From Octopus sinensis (Eukaryota): DNA of 64,000 nt. Shown here in pieces: positions 1 through 14,071 of this stretch. Position 1 is the stretch's first letter. Each line of letters opens with the position of its first letter. The translations under genes and the position numbers were made by a program. The notes below the pieces were generated by a model. It was given only the letters and a program-made list of their open reading frames with translations, was not told the origin of the DNA and searched no databases. Location of the stretch: positions 114,080,001 to 114,144,000 of the forward strand of contig NC_042998.1 in NCBI RefSeq assembly GCF_006345805.1, written 5' to 3'.

Positions 1-112
1 TTTAAATCTTGACAATCACGTTTGTGATTTTACAGGTAAAGAACACACGAAATATATTTCATGCGCATGGTAATCATTGAAATAGGGTTGTAGTGTATTC
101 AATATCGTTTTC

Positions 113-312
113 TACTCTAGGCACAAGGCCCGAAATTTTTGGGGAGGGTCTATTCGATGAGATCGACCCCAGTACGTAACTGGTACTTAAGTTATCTACC
201 CCGAAAGGATGAAAGGCAAAGTCGACCTCGGCGGAATTTGAACTCAGAACGCAACGGCAGACGAAATACCGCTAGGCATTTCGCCGACGTGCTAACGTTT
301 CTGCCAGCTCGC
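113..312 (-). mobile_element. SINE family S1 copy
   Basis: Shares ccgaaaggatgaaaggcaaagtcgacctcggcggaatttgaactcagaacg with copies at 419, 28162, 39932, 43213 and 59043. Confidence 0.8.
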
Positions 313-418
313 ATATTCTAATGTCTGTTGATGTAATTGTAATCTACTTCATCTCTAACTGCTTCATATTACCTGTAGCCTTCAATATATGGTTATTTTC
401 CTAAGGGATTTTTCCGAG

Positions 419-702
419 GCAAAGTCGACCTCGGCGGAATTTGAACTCAGAACGTAAAGACAGACGAAATATTTATTTCTTTACTACCCACAAGGGGCTA
501 AACACAAAGAGGACAAACAAGGGCAGACAACAGATTAAGTCGATTATATCGACCCCAGTGCGTAACTGGTACTTAATTTATCGACCCCGAAAGGATGAAA
601 TGCAAAGTCGACTTCGGCGGAATTTGAACTCAGAACGTAAAGACACGAAATACCGCTAAGCATTACACCCGGCGTGCTAACGTATCTGCTAGTTCGCTGC
701 CT
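419..702 (-). mobile_element. SINE family S1 copy with internal duplication
   Basis: Same core motif occurs twice. Confidence 0.8.
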
Positions 703-1414
703 TGTAATTTATTCAATATCGGGCTCGAAGACAACGAGATGCACAAATATTGTGATTTCAGAATGACAATTATTTAAGATTTAAGCAAAAATGGAGGAGC
801 AGTATCCAAGAGTTTTACATAGTTTCAAGGCTACATAGTTATGCAGGGTAGCCAATTACGTAGGTGTACCTGGTGTGTTGGCTCTTGGAAACCAGTGAAT
901 CTATAATAATGAAGGATGGTATGAAATACAATTGCTTGAAATATTGCAGTAGAGGTGAAAATTATTTTAAAATGAGACCAAGCTGTATGTGTCTAACACT
1001 CATAAACACACGCACGCTTACACACAAACGCATTCACATACTCTCACGCACACAAACGCACTCACACACTCACATACACACACGAAGACAAACAAAAACA
1101 CAAGCACAAACACATACACACACACACAAATACACACACGCAAATACACAAACACACTCTCACACACGCACACTCTTACACACATACACACACACATTAC
1201 GCTTTTGCTCGAATAACAACGGTCAAGGTGAAATTTTGAAGTCACTGTCAACAGTTTCCCTGCAAAAAATAATAAACATGTACTCGTACTTTGCTCAAAC
1301 TTTTAATGTTGTTTTCTTTCCTTGCTTTAAACATAACTTCACATTAATCATACATTAATACCAAGCACGCACACTCTCTCTCTCTCTCTCTCTCACATAC
1401 ATAGATAAATGCAC

Positions 1415-1445
<31 letters not shown>

Positions 1446-1931
1446 ACACACATACACACACACATACAGCAACAGAAAACGGAAGAATGAAAGAGAAAGG
1501 AAGAGAGAGAGAGAGAGATAGAGAGAAAGATAGGGACAGAAAGATAGGTGGGAGAAGAAAGAGCTGCTATCAATGTTGCTGTCTTCGCATATTTTTGAGA
1601 TTTTTACAATCCGTATTTAATCTGAATATATGCAGGTCAAGATATAAATCAATTACATAGGCAAGGAACAGTTCAATATAGGAAAGAGTGGTAGCATCAG
1701 AAAGAGTTGAGGGCCGAGGGGAAGACACAGTGTGTTGTGCTGGTCTAATTGGAGCGAACGTGCCTTTGAGGCAAACAGAAGAGAAGAGAATATACGTAAG
1801 CGGGAGTAGTAGTGAGTACGTGTAGTGAGTATGGTTTTATCAATCAGCTGAGTGGATGATAGTAAGACATGATAAAAAAGAGTTTTTGAATTAGAAATAT
1901 TAGAAGATTTAAAATGATTTTATAAATATTT

Positions 1932-2044
1932 ATGGTTCCGGAATCAGTCCCACTGCGTGGCAAGTTGGGCAAGGGTTTTCTATTAGAGCCTCGGGCCGAT
2001 GAAGGCCTTTTGATTGGTACGCAGAAACTGAAAGAAGCCCGTTG

Positions 2045-2045
<1 letters not shown>
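1932..2045 (+). mobile_element. SINE family S2, 5' part (tRNA-like head remnant) ending in (TA)n
   Basis: Homologous to 21428-21592 (cagtcccactgcgtggc...gaaactgaaagaagcccg). Confidence 0.7.
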
Positions 2046-2130
<85 letters not shown>

Positions 2131-2150
2131 GTGTGTGTGTGTGTGTGTGT

Positions 2151-2405
2151 ACTTGCATAGCAAGTGACCTGATCTGAAATCGTGTGCTGGAACGAAAACA
2201 ATTGCAGCGTGGAAGGTGTTTATAAGCCATTTAAGAAACACACAAAAACCGTTAGATTCACTGATGCAGCACGAAATTTTGTCAGTGAATAGGTCGCGGT
2301 CTCGAAGCGAAGAAAATATTTTGGCAAATTAAATTTAAATGTTGAAGTGAATCTAACGGTTTTTGTGCGTTTCTTAAATGGCTTATAAACACCTTCCACA
2401 CTGCA

Positions 2406-2408
<3 letters not shown>
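2151..2408. mobile_element. Inverted-arm non-autonomous element (MITE-like or Penelope-derived)
   Basis: Arms ~2200-2262 and ~2346-2408 (caattgcagcgtggaaggtgtttataagcc...agattcact and its reverse complement), flanked by microsatellites. Confidence 0.75.
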
Positions 2409-2443
<35 letters not shown>

Positions 2444-2451
2444 GAGTAGAT

Positions 2452-2590
2452 AGACAGCTAAAAACTGATGAAGCGTCATTTCTCTGTGTTTACCTGTCCT
2501 CTTTTCCATTTTTTCTCGTTGTTTATATATTTAACTCGTTTGTTTGCGTATTTCATGTTATTTGCATCATTGGTGACGTCCTGTACCCAT
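2452..2590 (+). repeat. Dispersed repeat related to the arms of the 10135-11035 element
   Basis: Shared blocks gagtagat, aactgatgaag, tttt(c)tcgttgtt and tga(c/t)gtcct(g/a)tacccatatat. Confidence 0.55.
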
Positions 2591-2912
2591 ATATATTATG
2601 ACTATAATAATAATATATAAAATTTATTTTCAGAATGAGATAAAAAAACATGACTGTGAAGATTTTAGAACATTTTCACAGCCTTGGTTGTTTTTATCTC
2701 AATTTAAAAAAAAAAAATTATATTTTATATTTTATATATGCTGATATATGACCTACATTGAACTCCTTATTCGCATAATCACAGAACCTGGAGCTTAACT
2801 ATGGTCTATCCATAGCACTTACTTAGCATTACCTGACACCTTGTGGGTCTTACTGACACCATTACCTCTTATAATCTATATATATATATATGTGTATATA
2901 TATATATATTAC

Positions 2913-3042
<130 letters not shown>

Positions 3043-3054
3043 TATATATATATA

Positions 3055-3900
3055 TACAGGGCGAGGTGAATGAATTGACTAACTTACGCAAAAATAAAAA
3101 TAACATTGACATTTCATTTTAACTGCTAGATTTACCAAAATTACATAAAAATATCTTGAAATATTAAAGAGTAAATTCATTCAACAAAATCGTCATTAGC
3201 TTCAGCCACGGCGTCCAGACGATTTCGGAATCTGTTGCAACTCTTCTGAACGGACTCTTTGTTTAAGTTGGTGAATATTGCCATATTCCTTGCCTTCAGT
3301 TCATCTTTGGTGCTACAAGGAGTTTTCTTGGTCCCTCGCTCAAGGGTATTGCAATCTGGGGAGTTAGGTGGCTAGATGTTAGGGGTGATGTGGCCGCAGA
3401 AGTTGCGTGACAGCCATGACTGGATTCTCCTGCTTGTGTGGCATGGTGCAGAGTCCTATTGCCAGACTTAGGGTCCTCCAGCAGCTACCCATTTCAGCAG
3501 CACTACTTCCTCCAGGCACTCGATGTAGGATATCTGTGTTGAATGTGAGACCGTGTGGGAAGATAAATGGCTGTGAGATCGCCATCACTAAAGATTACTT
3601 CAAACACCATGTTGTTGATTGCATGTTTAATTTTTATCACTCTCGGTACATATCCTCAGATTGCACTGTCCTCAGATTGACCCCCAGATACTCTGAAATG
3701 TTCATATTGGAGCTTCCGGCGCCAATTCCAAGCAGTACAGCATGTCGTTTCCAAATTTCTGGCAGAGTGAATTGAGTCATGGTGCTGTGTTTCCGCAGAC
3801 GTTGCCTAACTGAACCCACTATGCAAAATCAAAAACAAACAATGTGCATTTGCGAAATTAAAAATATAAAATAGGGACAATTTAACCATCGCACCCTGTA
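3055..3900 (-). mobile_element. Decayed, internally deleted Tc1/mariner (maT/rosa-like) transposon
   Basis: Degenerate TIRs beginning TACAGGG at both ends with TA. Frameshifted transposase: N-terminal HTH-like MTQFTLPEIWKRHAVLLG..., C-terminal VW.xDSAPCH, PPNSPDCN and KDELKA...RFRNRLDAVAEANDDFVE motifs. Confidence 0.8.
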
Positions 3901-4237
3901 TACATGTATATATTTTAGTCTGCTTGTATGGATGAAATTATATTTCTCTGATGAAATTATGTTCATAACATAAATGTAAATTTAAAGCATAAATTTGTAA
4001 TTTACGTATTGAACACTAATAGAGACTGCTGTAAGAGGAGAAGATTACCAATTGTTTAATAATAAAGAATTATTATTATTTTAACTGTCCATTTTCTTTC
4101 CTTCATTTAACTGAATATGAACTTTATTCTTAATATATACCTACTGATTTAAAGGAATTTTATCTCCCGAAAATACGAGGTATAGGACCAGTATTTCTTT
4201 GGATGTAACCATCCCTTTACGAACTTAACTTATCCTC

Positions 4238-4407
4238 TGCGGCCATGTTGAGGCACCGCCTTGAAGAATTTTTAGACGTATGTATCAACCGCAGTACTTA
4301 CGGTTTTTTAATCCTGACACTTATTCTATCCGTCTCTGTAGCTGAACCGCGAAGTTACAGGGACGTAAGCAAACTTGCACTGGTCGTCAAGCAGTGGTGG
4401 GAGATCA

Positions 4408-4460
<53 letters not shown>

Positions 4461-4700
4461 GTATGTGTGTGTGTGTGTATTTGTTCTTCCACCATTGCTT
4501 GACGACCAGTGCAGGTGTGCTTACGTCCCTGTAACTTAGCGGTTCAGCTAAAGAGTCGGATAGAATAAGTGTCAGGCTTTTAGAAAAACGTACGTACTGC
4601 GGTTGATACATTCGGTTAAACATTCTTTAAGGCGGTGCCTCAACATGGCCGCAGTCTAATGACTAAAGCAAGTAAACGATAAAAGATAAAAGATAAAAGA
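4238..4700. mobile_element. Two SINE S2 3' halves in inverted orientation around a (CA)n/(TG)n spacer
   Basis: 4238-4403 is the reverse complement of ~4485-4657; both match 22320-22505. Confidence 0.75.
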
Positions 4701-5829
4701 CAGATATGAAGTAAACACAGGCACATCTTTGTACATGTAGACTGCGAGAAACTATTCTGTATAGTGTGTATAGGCCGTAAATGTGTTACAGTTTAATTGA
4801 TAAACTCTGCATCACAACTACCATCACTCCCACCATCATTTTAATCTCCGATGAAATAAAAATGATTGTCTTAAAATTGTATTAAATGATATCAAAGAAT
4901 ACATGATAAAGTGGAGACTGATGTATTAGATTGGCAGAATATTAATTCTGTGATGACACTTAATTCAGGCAATTTGAAAGTGAAATATTGTTGTGTTAAT
5001 TAGTAAAAAAAAGATAAAATGGAAAAAATAACTAACAAACATATATATGTAATATATAAATAGATAAATAAATAAAGGACAATTCAATATTAAGCAAAAA
5101 GAAAAAAAGAAAGAAAAACGTAAATAAATATATAATTAATAAACTGGTACGAGAAATTGGAATATTGAATAAATTACAAGCTTGATTATTTTCGATTGTT
5201 ATCGATCGTTTTTCAGCTTGCAGACTGCATTATATACAACGACTACTTTTTATTGGGAAGAACGAAATCAAACGGAAATGAGGAAGTAAAAACATTAGCA
5301 TATATTATTATCAATTACGTCGTTTTTTTTTTACTTCCTTCCATCATCTAAGTAATATTAGCATATGCAGGAAAGAGAAAAAGACTTAGAATTATTTGAG
5401 CATTTTTTCAGAGTATCATCATTTACAGAAGTAACGTTTGGATAAACCGTTATATCTGTATTTTTATATCACCTTTTATATTTCTTTTCAGATATTTCTG
5501 TACAAGACGGCTGCATAACCATATTTTCCGCAACCAGCTGTAACCAAATAGATTGGTCGAAATGATAATCAATGAAACGTATAGTAAAAACATATACATG
5601 CACGAAGGGTGTAGATATTATTCATGTTTCATATATTGAATTGATTATAATTGTCTTATTAACTGTCATTACCCTTTGTTTATAACATCATTCATTCTAT
5701 AATAAATTCCCGCATCTTTCGATCTCACTGTTCTTCGTGAGAAAGTTGCATCTCATGGCTAGGAGCGGTTGAGCGCCCTTAATGAACTACCGTGTGTATT
5801 AACCAAGCAACCGAGGTACATATAAAGCT

Positions 5830-6600
5830 GTGTTCCCTCTTTCATGTCTTTTTCATATAAAAATGGATAGTTTTTATCCTATATGTAATAACCGTTAACT
5901 TAGATTATTCCTGTTGAATATAAATATAATTAGGACACAAGCGTCTCGCTCTCGCTCTCAACTTCTCTGTTTCATTCTTTGCGAACAACCTTATCTTCTT
6001 TGGTAGAGTTAAATACTGTAATCGATGTTATGTAGTGTAACCCTTATTTTTAACGATCTCACTGTTTATATCCGTAAACGTGTCTTCCATATGAAACTCG
6101 CCTTGAAATAACGAAGCCTACAAGAGAAACTTTCTGTCATGATAAGATTCCATTACTTGTACTTTGGAGACGGTAGTAATGAAGAAAATGAAACTGTCTG
6201 GACATCCTGTTCTGATCACAGTACACTATATCTCATAATTAATAAAATGAGGCATTTTCGCATAATAATAGAGACGTAGATTGCGTGGTTCTTAATATCT
6301 TTATGAACCATATGTTTATGACATATATTCTTGTTACTGTTTCTATTAAAACACCAGCCCTCACTTCAGTAATTCCTGTTGACTATTTTTGTTACATCTT
6401 ACTGACCATGTTGTCACTACCTCAATAAAAATAAACATTAAGTTTAATCATGCTATGATATGTATAATCCGTTACCCAATATAACTACACCTCCTAAATA
6501 ATGGATGCTTATAAAGGAAGTCTACTGTCCCAAGCCTGAAAATAACTTATTCTTTCGATTGGGCCATAAAAACGAGATTTTTGTTGTTTTATTAATGATT
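5830..6600 (-). pseudogene. Possible highly decayed piggyBac-like transposase fossil
   Basis: Scattered, stop-ridden peptides in the expected order (LVFMAQ..DFLYKHPLF; SDN; NICHKHMV; IVYCD..TG; KGYT; TGII.VN..KNYP). Judged by eye only. Confidence 0.3.
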
Positions 6601-7644
6601 TTTCTTTTAAAGGTGTAGGAAAATGTATCTGCATCAATCACAAATTATTCTACACAATTACCATATAATTTTGTTAATATTCCAATCGTACATTGTGTTA
6701 CTGCTGTATGATATTCTATATAGTCGCTGTGCCCTAATGTCCTTGATATTCTCCTGGAGTCTGTAGAGGATGAATCTTAACATTGTTTATTGCGTATAAT
6801 CAAGACAATCCGTCTTCCATCAGCTTTCTTCTTATCTCTATCACCATAGATATCAAAGATCACTCTCACTGTCCCCTGCATGATCTACGTAACTTTTGTT
6901 TTTCGGATGTTTTTTTTGTTGCTTTTCATAGTTTTCTCCCTCCTATTGTGATGAATTCTAATTAACGATAATGATTTTCTTTTCACTATACTTATAATTG
7001 CCATTGAATAATTCTTTCTGCATCACTGCACTAAGTAGGTTGACCAACATTTAACTGCGTAAAGGATTTCTTCGGTGTTTTGACTTCGGCGCTTGCTGAA
7101 TATCGCTTTACCTTTCCACGGACAGTGAAATAAATAAATACACGAGGTGAATCGATGTACAGCGATTGTCTCCTTTAAATTATACCGTCTCCTTCTCTAA
7201 TTAAGAAATCAATCATGATTTTCTAAATAACAAATTCAAAACCTGTTGCAAACTGGTGCATGAACACAAGAATAAGAATTTACAAACTCCGCCATTGTAA
7301 ACCCGCTTACCTTGCGTCCCTTGATTATCTTTTAATGAATCTACACAGGAAATTGGATGCTAGTAAAAGGTTAATAAACTGCTACCATTATAACTTATAC
7401 AGAATATCATATAATCTACATTGGATTATATAAAATTGTGTATACTAATTCTTTACAAACCATTTTGGTTATCTTTTTCTGCTATTGCAGATTCACTGAC
7501 TTGGAAGATGTAAATGATTAGAAACTATTTGAAGTCTCTATTCTTAGATTAAACCTTACTTCTCAAGTTGGAAATTTACTGCATAAATACTTTTCACAAT
7601 TGAATCCATTGTTCAGTAAGTATTGACCAGATGAATACACATAC

Positions 7645-7726
<82 letters not shown>

Positions 7727-7807
7727 ACACACACACACTCCAGCGCGCGCGCACATACACTGCACAAATAGGGTATGAGAGATATATAGATGTGCACTTG
7801 TATATAT

Positions 7808-7873
<66 letters not shown>

Positions 7874-7990
7874 CATATATATACATATGCATACATATAT
7901 ATATATGTATATATGTATATATATGCATATATACATATATATATGAATAAATATGTATATGTGTGTATGTATATACATATGTGTGTGTGA

Positions 7991-8025
<35 letters not shown>

Positions 8026-8139
8026 ATATATATACATATATACATATGTATGTACATGGAGAAAAGAGGCTTATCTCCTCACAGGAGAGAATATATGAGA
8101 GTTGGTTTGCTTGAAAATAGACCTAAGTCTTCAACACTG

Positions 8140-8177
<38 letters not shown>

Positions 8178-8178
8178 A

Positions 8179-8324
8179 TATGGATCAAAACAGTTTGATT
8201 CAAACTCCTTGGTACTCTGTGTTTTAAGCGTGTCGCTAGTCTTCGACCATTGAAGTCCGAAGACTAGCGACATGCATGAAACTCAGAGTACCAAGGTGAT
8301 TGAATCAAACTGTTTTGATCCATA
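8179..8324. mobile_element. Fold-back (near-perfect hairpin) MITE-like element
   Basis: tatggatcaaaacagtttgattcaa...gctagtcttcg / cgaagactagc...ttgaatcaaactgttttgatccata with a ~12-nt loop. Confidence 0.8.
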
Positions 8325-8392
8325 CATGTAACTCCCAATAAATGTGTTGAGTGCCCTTCTTTCGGTTGTCTACTCTCTCATATATATTTATA

Positions 8393-8580
8393 GGGGGAGA
8401 ATTCACAAAAAAATAAAAGACGAAGACAGGTGGTGTAGAAAACAAACAGATGTATTAGTATAACGCTCAGAAAATGATAAATTCTTTAACGTTTCGAGCC
8501 TACGCTCTACCACAGAGAGGAACACAGAAAGAAACAAGGAGAGAAAATAAAAAATGTGTAGTGGCTAGCGATCTATCATA
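8393..8580 (-). repeat. Dispersed repeat (Penelope-terminus-like) with hammerhead-like motif; sister copy at 45322-45570
   Basis: Reverse-complement homology to 45322-45570; contains gagcgtaggctcgaaacgt. Confidence 0.65.
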
Positions 8581-9049
8581 TATATATGTGATGTGAAAAA
8601 ACACGAAGTAGAAGATAAGAGCTTAGATGCAGTTTTAATTGTTACAGTTCTAGTCACGGTGACGGTTAGGATTAGAGCCAGTGGCAAGATTCGCTTAACA
8701 CTGAGCTGCTTGGAAATGTTCTCTGGATAACGCCGCTGATTTTTCAGTTAATATTCTATGGAGTGTCTCTTACCGTACATTGTCCGATTAGTCAAGCTTT
8801 TGAAGGGCTTCGACGTTTAAGGACACTGCAACACCTCTTTGAGAACAAAAAAAGTGCGCGCCGTGACAGAAGCTAGAAGAAGCAGCATATTCTACTTATA
8901 AGCACACAATCCCGTCTTGAAAAGTGTGGACGCACCCGTAAAACTTTAATTTAGGCGTGAAATACCTGAAAGATGTACGTGATGGTCAGCAGAGGAGCAT
9001 CTTCAATCATAGGTCTCCTAGCTGGAAGTTGACCCAGTGATAACCAATA

Positions 9050-9390
9050 TACAATTCTCATTCTCGCCCACAACATCATAAGCGGAAAGTGTAACCTCTC
9101 GAAAGAGCTGTTCTTCACTCCTGCTCCAGAGCGTCGGCTGCGAAAAGCTCTACCTGCGACGATTTCATCTCAATCGAAGGAGAGGAGCTTTTTCCGTCCG
9201 GGTTGCGGATCCGTGGAACAAGCTGCCAGACGAGATGGTGAAGATGCCGACGACCGCTTTGTTCAGAGCCTCCCTTGACCTCAAGTGGCCTGAACTCTTT
9301 ACATGAACACCACCCTGTACTTAACTCCATGTCTCCCTACATGGCCTTGCTATTTGCTTTTGAGCCAAATTAACTAACTAACTAACTAAC
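9050..9390 (+). mobile_element. 5'-truncated CR1/L2-like LINE 3' end with (TAAC)n tail
   Basis: Peptide KLYLRRFHLNRRRGAFSVRVADPWNKLPDEMV...LFRASLD resembles the CR1 ORF2 C-terminus. Followed by a 3' UTR and aactaactaactaac. Confidence 0.8.
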
Positions 9391-10134
9391 AATACCTATA
9401 AGTTAAATGTTGAGAATGGTGGTGTGCGAAATGAAAAATTTGTCTAATAATTTTCATATGACGAATTACTCTGCGGAGGCTGCTTTGCTGAGCAACTTAA
9501 ATTTTGTCCATACCAATATTATAAAAGAACATGAGTAAATCAAAGGATTGTGACACGGCATATTACTAGTTCGGTTGTACAACTTATGCTCTTGTCGGTC
9601 ATATCCATTTAATTTTCTCTGCGATAACCTGAAATATAACAATATATCTATAGATGTCTTACAAGTCAGATCGATCCCTTTATCTACCAATACGTAGATA
9701 AATCCTCTGGTGTGGCACTTTTGAATACTTTTCACAACGGGGATATGTTTTATGTTTATTATATAGATGTTTATACCGCATTTCAAATTATCTTTGAAAA
9801 GAATTACTATGTTCTGTACTTATGTGTAAATAAGAGATGCATAGACAACAATAAAGGGAACATAGGTATGTTTATTCCATCGGTCTGTTGTGCTGGACCG
9901 CTAGATTTCTGGACGTAAGCAGACTAACACCGGTTGTCAATCAGTGGGAGGACAAGTACAAAGACAAACAGACAGACGCGCACACACATATGTATATATG
10001 TGTGTGTATTTGTATATGTATATGTATATGTATATGTATTATATATATATATATATTATATATATATTATATATATATATATATATATAAAACTTACTTG
10101 GAAAAGGATGCGTGGCGTTCGATCATATAATAAT

Positions 10135-11035
10135 ATAAATAATATATAAATACATACATATATACATACATAAATGTACATACCTACATATATGTATATA
10201 TACATGTATATATGGGCACAGGATATCAAAAAGACGTAGACACAATGAGAAACAAAAACATAAAAACAAAAATATAGAAAACAGAGTACCCAGACATGCA
10301 GTTTAAAGAACATTCCCTTCATCAGTTGTCCCTGTTTCATCTACTCCCCGTTTTGAAGGTAAGGACAATACGCGACTTCTCTGTCTATCTATCTCCCTCT
10401 CTTGTTCTTCTTCCCTTCTGTTTTTCTTTCCCACGCTTTCCCTATTCTTCTCCCCTCCCCTTCACCGTTCCCTCCCTCTCTCTCACTTTTCCTCATTGAC
10501 TCTCTCACTGACATGTGACGAAAGCTGATCTATATATCTTTCTTCCACTTCTTTCGTAAAGACAAGACGTGATTTTACCTGTCTCTCCCCAAAGCTCGTC
10601 TTTCTAGCATTCATAACTGTTCACATCGTCTTGACTTAACAGCCCTCACCGTTTGTTTTTACTGTCTTGTTCTCACTGTCCTGTTTTTGTTACCACGTTC
10701 ACCCTCCGCAAAAAATCCCAAATTTTATTTAAATTGCTTTGCTGGAAGGATTGTTTCAACGAAGGCGCGTATTGTTCTTACCTTCGGAAAGGGGAGTAGA
10801 TGAAACAGGGACAACTGATGAAGGGAATGTTCTTTATGTTTCATGTCTTGATTCTCTGCTTGTTTTTTTCGTTGTTCGAAAGAAAGTTGTCTATGGTTTT
10901 GTTTTTATTTTCGTTTTACATTGTGTCTACGTTTTTTGATGTCCTATACCCATATATGCATGCGGAATATACATATATGTGTAGGTATGTACGTATATGT
11001 ATATATGCATATATTTATATATTATTTATATTATA
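10135..11035. mobile_element. ~900-bp element with ~240-270-bp imperfect inverted arms and a pyrimidine-rich core
   Basis: aacattcccttcatcagttgtccctgtttcatctactcccc (left) versus its reverse complement (right); (TA)-rich flanks. Confidence 0.75.
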
Positions 11036-11040
11036 TATGT

Positions 11041-11118
<78 letters not shown>

Positions 11119-11146
11119 CATACATACACACGTATAAACACACACA

Positions 11147-11280
11147 TATTTCAGATTCTGCCTACCAAATTCACTCACAGGGTCTTGTTCAGCCCGGGGC
11201 CATAGCAGAAGATGCATGCTCAATGTGCCACGCAGTGGAACTGATTCCAGAACCATTTTTGGGGGAAGTTAACATACAGT
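11147..11280 (-). mobile_element. SINE S2 5' part, degenerate
   Basis: Reverse complement of the 21428-21592 type head. Confidence 0.6.
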
Positions 11281-12243
11281 CACATAAACATATATACTCT
11301 CCAAATATATATTTGTGATATACTTATACTCGACTATCCCATTATCTAAGTAAGTTCATAGATGAGCTCCATATCTTTCATTGCCAGAGTGAGTGATGTT
11401 TCTTGCCCGCCATCTTACAGCGATAAAGGAGAAGTTTTTTTTGTCATATAGGTTGCACGTTAGCAAATGCTGAAATAACAAATCAATTATCAAGCGACAA
11501 TTCAACCACTGTTACAGTCATTCTCGGTTACCAAAAAGGCAAAAGACTCAAACATTGGATACTTGATATCTCACAGCAATTAAAATGATCTAATCTTTCT
11601 CTGAACTTCCTAGTAGAGTTATCCGACACACAACATTACAGCTCATAGGACATATCAAAATTTCTAATGAATACATCAGTAACTGTTTTCCGACACGGGT
11701 CATTAACGGAGTTTAGATTTTAAAATATCATCCATTCAGAGTTTCCTTACTTTAACGAACGCAGCAAATTGAAGCAAGAAAACGACGTTAAGTATGAACA
11801 GCAATTACCCAAAATGTATTACAATCCAGCGCAGACGGAATTTGGAATAAATTTTATGAGCTCCTTAATTTTCAACAACTAAATATAGCGTTGCTGATTC
11901 TGTAATCAGAAATCACAAATTACAGCTTGGTACTACTTATCTGAACATAAAGCATCGAGATTTTAGGATTCTTCAATAACGGCAATAAGGAAAAAGAAAT
12001 ACTTCAAAGTTTTCTATATACTTTAGGGAAGACAGAGATTAGTTTTCATATCGTTATGAATACTTTTATCTCTTTAGCTGTCCAGGTATATCGTGTAGTT
12101 AATTAGAGGCGACAAAATACGCAATCTCACACGCATAGACAGTGAGAGAGAGGAAGTCGCATTTAAATATGTATATATGCGTTTGTGTGTGTATTCACAC
12201 ACAGACAGACGCATACACACGCAAACACACAAAACACACACAT

Positions 12244-12274
<31 letters not shown>

Positions 12275-12363
12275 GACGCACACATACATATATCGAGCGG
12301 AACCTCGGAAGTGGTAAATACCTATATATATATAATATGTGTATGTATGTATGTATGTATGTA

Positions 12364-12438
<75 letters not shown>

Positions 12439-12553
12439 AAATACATCTGTACATCTGTGTGTGAGAGTGTATATATACATTTATGTGTGTGTATGTATAT
12501 ATATATATGTCTATATCTATATGTATGTATGTATATATGTATGTATCTATGTA

Positions 12554-12639
<86 letters not shown>

Positions 12640-13194
12640 TATGAGGGTGTCAGAGAGGGGTATCGATGGCAACTAGCGCGGTAGATAAATAAATAAATAA
12701 ATATATTCCTTTAATCACTTTATATTTTCATATTGATAAACACAGCTACATACACATGCGCACACAGAACTCACACATATGTACGCATACGCACACATAC
12801 ATCACCGGAGAAGAAACTGGTATGTGTTTTGTCACTATAGAAAATCAAAAATATATTTCCAAGAGAATGTAATGTGAAGCACTAATGCATTCCCAACAAT
12901 AGTAGTATCACTGGCGGAGTGAAGATGTTAAAAAGTATTTTATGAACACACACGCACGCGCATACATTAGTGCACGAGTATGCACCGTCACGCACGCCCG
13001 AACACACACACGCGTACGTATATATTTATAAATATATATATATATATATAGAGGTGTGTTTGTATGAGAGAGTGAGAGGGTGTATGTATCGCAATGCACA
13101 CACACGAAACTCAGTCTTCAACACATGTGCATAGCGGTTCATAAGTACTGACAAAAACTACAAAGAAAAATATCCCATTTATATCGATACATAC

Positions 13195-13691
13195 ATACAC
13201 ACACACACACGCACATGCACACACACACAGACACACACACACACATATATTTATATATGTATATGTGTGTGTGTATGTATGTATACACAAGACATTAATG
13301 AGTCTGTGGTGTATTTGTATATTTGTGCCCGTATAGAAAACGAGAATTACCATGAATATTTACGTGTGAAGTGGGAGGAAAATGCATGTAAACAAACAAA
13401 CATATGTACCATACATACAGCAGTAAAACATACACACACACACTCACGCACGCACGCACACAACACACACTCACATATGTGATGTGTCTATGTATATACA
13501 TACATACAAAGATATATGTGCATGTGTGTGTGCGTGTGTGTAGGCATATACCTAGCTAAAAATATGCACACGTACGTACCTATATATATAGTAAATTTAC
13601 TTTAGACGCCAAGATGGTATTAATGATTGTAAATAGATATTTTAAAAATTCATATACTTGTAGATATCCGTTTATAAATTTCCTTTTTTCG

Positions 13692-13727
<36 letters not shown>

Positions 13728-13905
13728 AGGGTGTGTGTCTGTGTGTGTGTCTGTGTGTGTGCGCGTGTGCGTGTGTGGGTGTGTGTGCGTATGCGTAATA
13801 ATAGAAGCCAGATACGTAGAAAGAATACACATATTTATATATACGTATGGACATATATGTATAAATATATATACATATATAGAGCAGAAATATGTTACAT
13901 AAAGA

Positions 13906-13955
<50 letters not shown>

Positions 13956-14021
13956 TATATATATTATATATATTATATATATATATATATTATATATATA
14001 TGTATACATATATATATATGC

Positions 14022-14071
<50 letters not shown>

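Noticed and set aside
5470-5570. Polypyrimidine+CAG acceptor-like sites (also ~9630 minus and ~58795 plus) as possible host exons
   Set aside because: Frames close quickly, with no recognisable peptide or matching donor sites.
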